From positions 210,001-242,000 of the forward strand of contig NZ_JBHSTI010000002.1 in NCBI RefSeq assembly GCF_042660085.1: a stretch of 32,000 nt of DNA, given 5' to 3'. A program made the position numbers and the translations under genes. The notes beneath the pieces are model-generated. The model did not search any database and was not told the origin of the DNA. It saw only the letters and a list, made by a program, of their open reading frames with translations. Below, piece after piece: positions 8,341-16,255 of the stretch (its first letter is position 1; the number at the start of each line of letters is the position of its first letter). Source of the stretch: Longivirga aurantiaca. GTDB taxonomy: Bacteria; Actinomycetota; Actinomycetes; S36-B12; CAIYMF01.

Positions 8341-9267
8341 GTGAGCGGAACGTGGGTGGTCGTCCCTGCGTTCGACGAGGCGGAGAACCTCGAGGTCCTG
8401 GTCCCGCGCATCCTCGACCACCTCGACCTCATCCCCGGCGGCGGCCATGTGCTCGTCGTCGACGACGGCTCGCGCGACTCCACGCCCGACGTCATGGCCA
8501 AGCTCTGCGCCGACAACGACCGGGTCCACGTCGACCGTTCGGTGCGCAACCGCGGCAAGGCCGCGGCGATGCAGCGCGGATTCGCCCTCGCGATCGATGA
8601 GGGCGCCACCGCGATCGTGATGATGGACGCCGACGGCCAGGACGACCCGGCCGAGCTGCCGCGCCTCGTGGCTCGGCTCGACGACGGCTTCGACCTCGTC
8701 ACCGGTGCCCGCGTCGAGCGCAACGACCGCTTCGTCAAGCGGCACACCTCACGCCTCTACAACTGGGCGACCGGCCGTCTGTCGGGCGCGCCCGGCCGTG
8801 ACTTCAACTCCGGCTTCAAGGCCATGCGGCCCGACGTCGCCCGCGATGTGAGCCCGATGCTGTACGGCGAGCTGCACCGGTACGTCACGGTCATCGCGCA
8901 CTGGCTCGGCTACCGCATCACCGAGGAGCCGGTGCAGCACCACGAGCGGATGTTCGGTAAGTCGAAGTACGGGATCGCCCGCTTCTTCCGCGGCTTCATG
9001 GACCTCATGACGGTGCGCTTCCTCATGAGCTACGAGCACCGGCCCTCGCACCTGTTCGGCGGCATCGGCATCGTCTCCTTCCTGCTCGGCGGCGCAGTCC
9101 TCGCCTACCTCACGGTGCTGCGGTTCCTCGGCCAGACCATCGGCGACCGGCCGCTGCTCATCGCCGGCGTGCTGCTCGTCGTCGTCGGCGTCCAGCTGCT
9201 GCTGTTCGGCCTGCTGGCCGAGCTCGTGGTCTACAACCGGCAGCGGGACGGGCGCACCAAGCCGTGA
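8341..9267 (+). CDS. Family 2 glycosyltransferase, polyprenyl/dolichyl-phosphate mannose synthase-like with C-terminal TM helices
   Basis: WVVVPAFDEAENLEVLVPRI, HVLVVDDGSRDSTPDV, VMMDADGQDDP; C-terminal hydrophobic hairpins. Confidence 0.9.
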   Translation: MSGTWVVVPAFDEAENLEVLVPRILDHLDLIPGGGHVLVVDDGSRDSTPDVMAKLCADNDRVHVDRSVRNRGKAAAMQRGFALAIDEGATAIVMMDADGQDDPAELPRLVARLDDGFDLVTGARVERNDRFVKRHTSRLYNWATGRLSGAPGRDFNSGFKAMRPDVARDVSPMLYGELHRYVTVIAHWLGYRITEEPVQHHERMFGKSKYGIARFFRGFMDLMTVRFLMSYEHRPSHLFGGIGIVSFLLGGAVLAYLTVLRFLGQTIGDRPLLIAGVLLVVVGVQLLLFGLLAELVVYNRQRDGRTKP

Positions 9268-11426
9268 GCGTCCGCCTCGAGGCCCGCCCTCCGGGCGACG
9301 CGGTGGCACGGCGGGTCGACCCGCGAGTCCCGACCGCGCTCCTCGTCGTCGCCGGGGCCGTCCTGGCCTTCAACGTCGTGGTCCTGTTCCTCGGCGCGTG
9401 GTCGATCGGGGTGACGACCGACGAGCCGATCCACGTCGACCGGCTCCAGCACTGGTTCGACCTCGGCTGGTACGTGCCCGACAGCCAGATGGACGGCGTC
9501 GAGCCCGATCAGGGTCTGTCCGGCATCTACGTCTACGGCCCCGTGGCCGCGCTCGTGGCCCATCTCGTCTCGGTCCTCAGCGGCACCGAGGCGTGGGGCA
9601 CCGTCTCCGGCGCGCCCGAGGCGTACGCGACCCGGCACCTCGCGGTGGCGCTCTTCAGCGTGCTCGGCCTCGCCGCGGTCGCGGCGACCACCCGGCTCCT
9701 CCTGCGCTCGTGGCGCTGGGCGCTGATCGCCGCTGCGGTGCTCTCGGCCGTCCCGACCTGGACAGGCCACGGCATGTTCAACATCAAGGACACGCCGGTC
9801 GCCGCGGGCTACACCGTCGCGACGCTGGGCCTCGTCGCGCTCTCCCGACCGTCCGCGCCCGGGTCGCGCCGTCTGCGGCTGCTCGGTGCGGGAGCGCTCG
9901 CGCTGGGCGTCACCGTCCTGGTCGGTACGCGCCCCGGCACCTGGGTGGCCCTGCTGCTCGGCGTCGGCTTCATGCTCGTGCTCACGTGGATCGTCGACCT
10001 GCTCGGTCCCGATCGCGCGCTCGCCGGCCATGCCCTGCGCCGCCGTGCTGCGGGCGCCGCGTCCGGGCTGGCGCTCGGATGGCTCGTCCTGCTCGTCGCG
10101 TACCCGAAGGTGTTCGGCGTCCCCGCACGGCTCGTCGCAGCCTTCGCCGACTCGGCCGACTACCCGTGGAAAGACACCATCCTCACCGCGGGCATCACGA
10201 TGTCGATGCCGCCGCCGCCGGCGTACCTGCCCCTGTGGTTCGGCGCCCAGACGCCTGTGGTGATCTTCGTCCTCGCGATTGTCGGCGTCCTCAGCCCGGT
10301 CGTCCTGCTGCTGCCGCGGCTGCGCCGTGGGGGCACGGCGGACGACGTCGCGCTCGGCACCGGTCAGGCCCTGGTCTCGGTGCAGGCGCTCCTGCTGCCG
10401 CTCGGCGCGGTCGTCACGAGCGCGGTGCTCTACGACGGCACGCGCCAGGTGCTGTTCGTCCTGCCGGCCTTCGCCGTGTCCGCCACGGTGGCGACCTGGC
10501 TCCTGCTGCGCAGGCTCGAAGCGCCGCGCTGGCGGACCGCGCTGGTGTGGGCCCTCGGCATCTCGCTCGTGGTGCCGACCGCATCGGCCGCGCGGCTCTT
10601 CCCCTACAGCTACTCGTGGTTCAACGGCGTCACGTCCGCCTTCCCGGTCGACGGCGCGTGGATGACCGACTACTGGTCGGCGAGCAACCGCGAGGTCATC
10701 CCGCTGGTGCCCGCCGGCGACGAGCAGAGCTGTCACGAGTGGACGCCGGGCGAGCGGCTTCTCCCCTGCGACGACTTCGCCGAGCAGGCCGTGTTCTGGC
10801 CCACCGTCGGCACCGAGGCAGCCGCGGAGGCGCTCGCCCCGGGCGAGTACGTCCAGCTCTCGTTCAACCGCGGCAGCGTGAACCCGCCCGAGGGCTGCAC
10901 CCAGGTCGCCGCCGTCGACCGGCCGTTGTTCGCGCGCCGCATCACCATGAGCTTCGTCATGCGCTGCGACGTGCCGCTCCAGCCCTATCCGGCGGGCGGG
11001 ATCGACGCGGCCTCGAACGGCGACCCCTACCTCCTCTGGGGCTGGCAGGCAGAGCCGATGCCCGACGTCGCCTGGGCCGACGGCTCCCACGCAGACGTCG
11101 GCTTCACGCTGCCGGCGACCGCGACGGCCGGCGACGTGCTCGTCATGCTCGACGCCGCACCCGTCCTGCCCGAGGGCGCGACCACCACGACGCTCGAGGT
11201 GCTCGTCAACGGCGAGCCCGTCGGACGCTTCTCGTACGCCGACGACGCGATGCGCACGCTCACCGTGCGGGTGCCGTCGTCGGTCGCGGGGTCGCTGGGC
11301 GACGGCCGGGTCGTCGTGCGGCTCGCCGTACCGGCTGACGACGCCCCCGCGGCGGCCGGCGTGGAGCAGCGCACGCTGCGCCTCGGTAGCGTTCGGGTCG
11401 AGCCGGCGGACGGAGCAGGATCGTGA
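9264..11426 (+). CDS. Polytopic membrane glycosyltransferase (GT39-like) with C-terminal extracytoplasmic domain
   Basis: 720 aa; repeated TM segments, early acidic TTDEPIHVDR loop, TRPGTWVAL; GTGA overlap with the GT2 gene. Confidence 0.7.
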   Translation: MSVRLEARPPGDAVARRVDPRVPTALLVVAGAVLAFNVVVLFLGAWSIGVTTDEPIHVDRLQHWFDLGWYVPDSQMDGVEPDQGLSGIYVYGPVAALVAHLVSVLSGTEAWGTVSGAPEAYATRHLAVALFSVLGLAAVAATTRLLLRSWRWALIAAAVLSAVPTWTGHGMFNIKDTPVAAGYTVATLGLVALSRPSAPGSRRLRLLGAGALALGVTVLVGTRPGTWVALLLGVGFMLVLTWIVDLLGPDRALAGHALRRRAAGAASGLALGWLVLLVAYPKVFGVPARLVAAFADSADYPWKDTILTAGITMSMPPPPAYLPLWFGAQTPVVIFVLAIVGVLSPVVLLLPRLRRGGTADDVALGTGQALVSVQALLLPLGAVVTSAVLYDGTRQVLFVLPAFAVSATVATWLLLRRLEAPRWRTALVWALGISLVVPTASAARLFPYSYSWFNGVTSAFPVDGAWMTDYWSASNREVIPLVPAGDEQSCHEWTPGERLLPCDDFAEQAVFWPTVGTEAAAEALAPGEYVQLSFNRGSVNPPEGCTQVAAVDRPLFARRITMSFVMRCDVPLQPYPAGGIDAASNGDPYLLWGWQAEPMPDVAWADGSHADVGFTLPATATAGDVLVMLDAAPVLPEGATTTTLEVLVNGEPVGRFSYADDAMRTLTVRVPSSVAGSLGDGRVVVRLAVPADDAPAAAGVEQRTLRLGSVRVEPADGAGS

Positions 11427-12127
11427 AGGACCTCTACGTGCGCGGTGTTCGCGGCGTGCGCTCGGGCCTGGAGCAGGTCGGCCTCCTCGACCCGCTCGAC
11501 CGCTGGGCCGCGCGGTCCGACGCCGGCGCCTGGACCCGCTCGCTGCTCGCCGTCTACGACCTGCACGACCTCATCGCCCTCGACGTGCCGTGGTGGACGT
11601 ACGAGGCGGCGGGCAAGGTCGCCCGCTTCCTCGCCTCACGTGACGACGCACGCGTGCTCGAGTGGGGGTCGGGCGCCTCGTCGGTGTGGCTCGCCCGTCG
11701 GGCCGGCTCGGTCACCTCGATCGAGCACGACCCCGAGTGGGCTGCGGAGATCGCACCGGTCCTGCCGTCCAACGCGCAGGTGATCGCGGTGCCGCCCACG
11801 CTCGCCTCGCAGAGCAGCGAGCCGATCCGCTCGGCCAAGAAGGGCTTCGAGGGCCTGGACTTCCGCGACTACGTCGAGGCGATCGATCGTCAGCACGGCG
11901 ACTTCGACCTCGTCGTCGTCGACGGGCGTGCGCGCGAGGCATGCCTCGCCCGTGCCATCGAGCGGGTCGTCCCCGGCGGGATGATCGTGGTCGACAACGT
12001 CGAACGCGCCCGCTACCGCGCGGCGATCGCCCGCCTCGGTACCCGCGTGACCGTCGACTGGACCTCCGGGCTCACGCCGTCCCTCCCGTACCCGACGCGC
12101 ACGGCGCTGCTGCGGCCCGAGGCGTGA
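11423..12127 (+). CDS. Class I SAM-dependent methyltransferase-like protein
   Basis: ARVLEWGSGASSVWLARRAGSVTSIEHDPEWAAEI, FDLVVVDGRAREACL, PGGMIVVDN. Confidence 0.78.
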   Translation: MKDLYVRGVRGVRSGLEQVGLLDPLDRWAARSDAGAWTRSLLAVYDLHDLIALDVPWWTYEAAGKVARFLASRDDARVLEWGSGASSVWLARRAGSVTSIEHDPEWAAEIAPVLPSNAQVIAVPPTLASQSSEPIRSAKKGFEGLDFRDYVEAIDRQHGDFDLVVVDGRAREACLARAIERVVPGGMIVVDNVERARYRAAIARLGTRVTVDWTSGLTPSLPYPTRTALLRPEA

Positions 12128-13098
12128 GCGAGCCCGACCACGTGGCCGACGATCCGGGTGCCCCGAGCCCGTCCGCGCGAGGGCGGTGGCTCGTGGTCGC
12201 CCGGGTGGCGTTCCTGCTCGCGGCGGTCGGCTTCGGCTGGCTCTGGCTGCGCGACGACTGGGACGACGTGGTCGCCGCGGTCGCGAGCGTCGGCCCCGCG
12301 TCGTGGGCCCGGGCGCTCATCGAGGTACTCCTCGGCCTGCTCCTGACCGGCTTCGTGTGGACCCTGGGCCTGCGTCGCTTCGGCCACGACGTGCCGAAGG
12401 GGGCAGCGCTGTCGGTCTTCTTCGTGGGCCAGCTCGGCAAGTACATCCCTGGATCGGTGTGGTCGCTCGGCGCGCAGGCGCAGATGGCCACGCGGTACGG
12501 CGTCCCCCCGCGCACGACGGTGGTCGCAGGGCTGGTGTTCCTCGGCTGGAACGTCGTCACCGCGGTGCTCGTCACGGCGTTGGGCGCTCTGCGCGGGCTC
12601 GTCGACCTCCCGGTGCCGGGCTGGCTGCTCATCGTGGCGGCGATGGCTGCACTGGCCTGCCTCACGCCGCGCGTGGTCAACGCCGCCGGTTCGTGGGCCG
12701 CCGGCGAGGGCAGGCGGCTCGTGCTCGGCGGGGGCGACTGCATCCTGGTCACGGTCGCGCTGATGGCGACGTGGCTGCTGTACGGCATGGCGCTGTACGC
12801 CGTGTCGCCCGGGCTGAGCAACAGCGAGTACTACTACCCGGACGACTACGGCCCGGGCGCTGCCATGGTGGCCTTCACCGCGGCGTACGCCGTCGGCGTC
12901 CTGGTAGTCCTCGCGCCCGCCGGGCTCGGCGCGCGCGAGGCGATCCTGACGCTGCTGCTCACGCCCTTCCTCGGCGTCGCCGGGGCCGCCGCTGCGGCGC
13001 TGCTCACCCGCGTGGTGCACACGGTCGCCGACTTCTCCATGGCGGGCGCAGCCTGGGTGCTCGGCCGCGGCTCGGCCCGGCCGACGCCTCCGGAGTGA
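12124..13098 (+). CDS. Lysylphosphatidylglycerol synthase TM-region/flippase-like integral membrane protein
   Basis: FVGQLGKYIPGSVWSLGAQAQMATRYGVPPRTTV and APAGLGAREAILTLLL are typical of the YbhN/AglD_2-like family. Confidence 0.82.
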   Translation: MSEPDHVADDPGAPSPSARGRWLVVARVAFLLAAVGFGWLWLRDDWDDVVAAVASVGPASWARALIEVLLGLLLTGFVWTLGLRRFGHDVPKGAALSVFFVGQLGKYIPGSVWSLGAQAQMATRYGVPPRTTVVAGLVFLGWNVVTAVLVTALGALRGLVDLPVPGWLLIVAAMAALACLTPRVVNAAGSWAAGEGRRLVLGGGDCILVTVALMATWLLYGMALYAVSPGLSNSEYYYPDDYGPGAAMVAFTAAYAVGVLVVLAPAGLGAREAILTLLLTPFLGVAGAAAAALLTRVVHTVADFSMAGAAWVLGRGSARPTPPE

Positions 13099-13158
13099 CA
13101 GGGGCGGGAACACGGCGCCCGTGCTCCGGCGTTGCCCCGACGACGTGAGGAGAGGGCG

Positions 13159-14052
13159 ATGACAGCGGTCGAAGTGCTCGACGGGCGCGAGGCGCAGGTC
13201 GGCAAGTTCACGGTGCGACGGGTGCTCCCCACGCGGCCGCTGCGCACCGTCGGCGCCTGGTGCTTCGCCGACCACATGGGCCCTGCCGAGGTGACCGAGA
13301 CCTCCGGCCTCGACGTCGGACCGCACCCGCACACCGGCCTGCAGACCGTGACGTGGCTGATGTCGGGCGAGGCCCTGCACAAGGACTCGCTCGGGTCGGA
13401 GCAGCTCATCCGCCCCGGTCAGCTCAACCTCATGACGGCCGGTCGCGGCATCGTGCACGCCGAGGAGGCCACCGGCACCTACCGCGGCACCTTGCACGGC
13501 GTCCAGCTCTGGGTAGCGCAGCCCGACCGCCTCCGGCACGGAGACCCTGCCTTCGCCCACCACGCGGAGCTCCCGGTGGTGGAGCACGGCGTGGCCTCCG
13601 CCACGGTGCTGGCCGGATCGTTCCTCGGCGCCACGTCTCCGGCCGCGTTCGTGACCGACCTGCTGGGGCTCGATCTCGTCCTGCGCCCAGGCAGCAGCAC
13701 GCTGCCGCTGCGGCCGGACTTCGAGCACGCCGTCGTCGCGCTCGACGGCGAGGTGCTGGTCGGGGGAGCGGTCGCCCGCCCGGGCCAGATCGCGTGGCTC
13801 GGCGTCGGTCGGTCCGAGGTGGAGGTGCAGGCACGCGACCAGTCGCGCGTGCTCGTGCTGGGCGGGGTCCCGTTCCCGGAGAAGCTGTTCATGTGGTGGA
13901 ACTTCGTGGCCCGCTCGGCCGACGAGGTGTCGGGGTTCTACTCCGACTGGCGCGACCGCGGGGAGCGCTTCGCCGCGGTCGACTCCGCCCTCGAGCGGAT
14001 CCCGGCGCCGACCCCGCCGTGGGAGCCGGTCCGCGTGCGACCTGCCCCCTGA
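13159..14052 (+). CDS. Pirin family protein
   Basis: CFADHMGP, VGPHPHTGLQTVTWLMSGEALHKDSLGSEQLIRPGQLNLMTAGRGIVHAEE, LHGVQLWVA. Confidence 0.93.
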   Translation: MTAVEVLDGREAQVGKFTVRRVLPTRPLRTVGAWCFADHMGPAEVTETSGLDVGPHPHTGLQTVTWLMSGEALHKDSLGSEQLIRPGQLNLMTAGRGIVHAEEATGTYRGTLHGVQLWVAQPDRLRHGDPAFAHHAELPVVEHGVASATVLAGSFLGATSPAAFVTDLLGLDLVLRPGSSTLPLRPDFEHAVVALDGEVLVGGAVARPGQIAWLGVGRSEVEVQARDQSRVLVLGGVPFPEKLFMWWNFVARSADEVSGFYSDWRDRGERFAAVDSALERIPAPTPPWEPVRVRPAP

Positions 14053-14058
14053 CCTCGA

Positions 14059-15552
14059 TCAGGTCGGGAACGTGAACCCTCGCGCGACGACGCGCTCGAA
14101 CGCGTCGACGACGTCGGCGTCGAACAGCGATCCGCGGCCTTCGCTCAGCACCGCACGGGCGCGCGTGTCTCCGGGCGCGGTGCGGTAGGGGCGGTCGTTG
14201 GCCATCGCCTCGTAGAGGTCGGCGACGGCGATGATGCGCGACTCGAGCAGGATCGCGTCGCCGCGGAGGCCGAGCGGGTAGCCCGTCCCGTCCATCCGCT
14301 CGTGGTGCTGGTGGATCATCTCGGCGATCGGCCACGGCCAGGGGAACCGGCTGGCGATCGTCCACCCGGTCGTGGGGTGCGCCTTGAGGACCTCCCACTC
14401 GTCGCCGGTCAGCGGGCCTGTCTTGCCGAGGGTGCTGTGCGAGATGGAGATCTTGCCGAGGTCGTGGATGGACGCCCCGAGCACGAGGCCCTGGATCCTG
14501 TCCTCGTCGAGCCCGAGGTCGCGACCGATGGCCTCGGCCAGGACTCCGACGTGCGACTGGTGCCCTGCGGTGTACGGGTCGCGCGACTCGACCGCGGCGG
14601 CGAGGACGAACACCGAGCTCTTCAGCGCCTCGGTGAGGCGCACGGCGTCCCGCAGGCGCTCGATGCCGTAGCCGATGTCGGCGGCGAGGTCCTCGAGCAG
14701 GCCCTGCGACACCTGGTCGAACGCGTGCTGCTCGTAGGCGTAGACCATGAGGGCGCCGTCGGTCACTCCGTCGACGTCGACGGGCAGCGAGATGGAGGAG
14801 CGGATGCCGCGGCTCTCGGCCGCCTCGCGCCACGGCGAGTAGTCGGCGTCGACGAAGGACTGCTTCACCTGGGTCCGGCGGGTGCGGATCGCGGTGCCCG
14901 TCGGGCCACGGCCCGTCGCGCTGTCGTCCCAGGTGATGACGACCTCGTCGACGTAGCCCGCGAGCTCGCCGGCACGCGCGACGGGCTGCACGGTGCGGCG
15001 TTCGTCGGTCACGGCGCGGCCGTACCAGGCGAGGGCATAGCTGCCGGCCTCGACCGCCGTGCTGCACATGTCGTCGAGCAGGCCTTGCTCGTCGCGCGCG
15101 CGGACCAGGACGCCGTTCCCGCGGGAGAGGGTGGCGAGGGCGCGCAGGGTGGAGGTGGCCTCATGGGTGTCGCGGATGGCCGCGAAGGCCCCGACCACCT
15201 GGCCCTGCGCGTCGTGGGAGGGGCGGGCGCGGATCGTCACGTGCCGGTAGCCGCCGCCGGCGGCACGCACGCGGCAGGAGAGGCGGTCGATGACCGCGTC
15301 CTCGGTGTACAGCCGGGCGCGCTCCGCGAGGACCCGCTCGACGTCGTCCGGGTGGACGAAGGCCATGATCGAGTGGCCCGTCAGCTCCTCAGGCTTCCAG
15401 CCGAGCAGATCTGTGACGTTGGGCGCCACCCACTCGATCACGCCGTCGGGCGTCGTCTGGTAGATGACGTCGCCCTGGTCGGCGATGAGGCGCAGGTCGT
15501 CGAGCCCGGTGGAGCGCCGTGGCAGATGTGCCGTGACCGGCCGCGCGCCCAT
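14059..15552 (-). CDS. PAS + GAF-like + HD-GYP domain signalling protein (putative c-di-GMP phosphodiesterase)
   Basis: PAS core VIYQTTPDGVIEWVAPNVTDLLGWKPEEL; HD-GYP: TAGHQSHV, GASIHDLGKISI, HHERMDGTGYPLGLRGDAILLESRIIAVADLYEAM. SD AAGGAG upstream of ATG. Confidence 0.92.
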   Translation of the reverse strand: MGARPVTAHLPRRSTGLDDLRLIADQGDVIYQTTPDGVIEWVAPNVTDLLGWKPEELTGHSIMAFVHPDDVERVLAERARLYTEDAVIDRLSCRVRAAGGGYRHVTIRARPSHDAQGQVVGAFAAIRDTHEATSTLRALATLSRGNGVLVRARDEQGLLDDMCSTAVEAGSYALAWYGRAVTDERRTVQPVARAGELAGYVDEVVITWDDSATGRGPTGTAIRTRRTQVKQSFVDADYSPWREAAESRGIRSSISLPVDVDGVTDGALMVYAYEQHAFDQVSQGLLEDLAADIGYGIERLRDAVRLTEALKSSVFVLAAAVESRDPYTAGHQSHVGVLAEAIGRDLGLDEDRIQGLVLGASIHDLGKISISHSTLGKTGPLTGDEWEVLKAHPTTGWTIASRFPWPWPIAEMIHQHHERMDGTGYPLGLRGDAILLESRIIAVADLYEAMANDRPYRTAPGDTRARAVLSEGRGSLFDADVVDAFERVVARGFTFPT

Positions 15553-15703
15553 CGCTGCTCCTTGCCCCGAAGGCCTTCATGATCGTGCACGGTGCGTGAC
15601 GGTGGCTAGCGCTGCGCGACCTTCTCTCCCTCGGTACACGATCGGGTGCCGCCTCGAGTGCCTGATGGGGCAGAGCAGTAGCACGAAGTGACCAGTGAGG
15701 GCG

Positions 15704-16180
15704 TCAGGAGGTGCGGTCGGGGTTCTCCTGCGCGTGGTCAGCCAGCACGGTCAGAACGCGCTCGAGATAGCGCTCGACGGCCGCGCGCTCGCGCGGTGTC
15801 ATGGGGTCCTCCGCGGCGACCAGGTCGGTCACGAGCGGGGCGACCTGGGCGATGACGGCGCCTGCGCCCTGCTGGGTGGGCCGCACGACGCGACGGCGCC
15901 GGTCCTCGGGGTCGGACTCGCGGGCCACGTGCCCCGCCTCCTCGAGGCGGTCGACGAGCACGGTGGCCGAGGCCGAGGTCATGTGCAGGCGTCGGGAGAG
16001 CTCGACCGGGCCCATGGGCTCGGACATGAGGTGCTCCATGGCGTCGACCTCGCTCGGGTTGAGGCCGAGCCGGCGGGCCATCGCGAGACGGGTCTCGCCG
16101 GTCAGGTGGAGGACGTCGTACAGCAGCGTGGCGACGCGGCTCGTCGGCCACGCGGCCTCGGGGTGCGCACTGCCCGTCAT
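15704..16180 (-). CDS. MarR-family transcriptional regulator
   Basis: MTGSAHPEAAWPTSRVATLLYDVLH..., MEHLMSEPMGPVELSRRLHMTSASATVLVDRLEEAGHVARESDPEDRRRRVVRPT; GGAGAG SD 9 nt upstream of ATG at 16180. Confidence 0.92.
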   Translation of the reverse strand: MTGSAHPEAAWPTSRVATLLYDVLHLTGETRLAMARRLGLNPSEVDAMEHLMSEPMGPVELSRRLHMTSASATVLVDRLEEAGHVARESDPEDRRRRVVRPTQQGAGAVIAQVAPLVTDLVAAEDPMTPRERAAVERYLERVLTVLADHAQENPDRTS

Positions 16181-16196
16181 TGATGTACTCTCCACT

Positions 16197-16217
16197 ATCG
16201 CTAGACAGTCTAGTGAT
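16197..16217. promoter_or_regulatory. Inverted repeat, probable MarR operator
   Basis: ATCgCTAGA-CAG-TCTAGtGAT, 8/9 arms matching, between divergent marR and MMPL genes. Confidence 0.75.
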
Positions 16218-16255
16218 AAGGCTGTCACGTCATGTGATGTTCTCGGGAGATACTA

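Noticed and set aside
15581-15643. GATCGTG ... CACGATC inverted repeat between marR and the HD-GYP gene
   Set aside because: Only 7-bp arms separated by 49 bp, too weak in high-GC DNA to claim a function.
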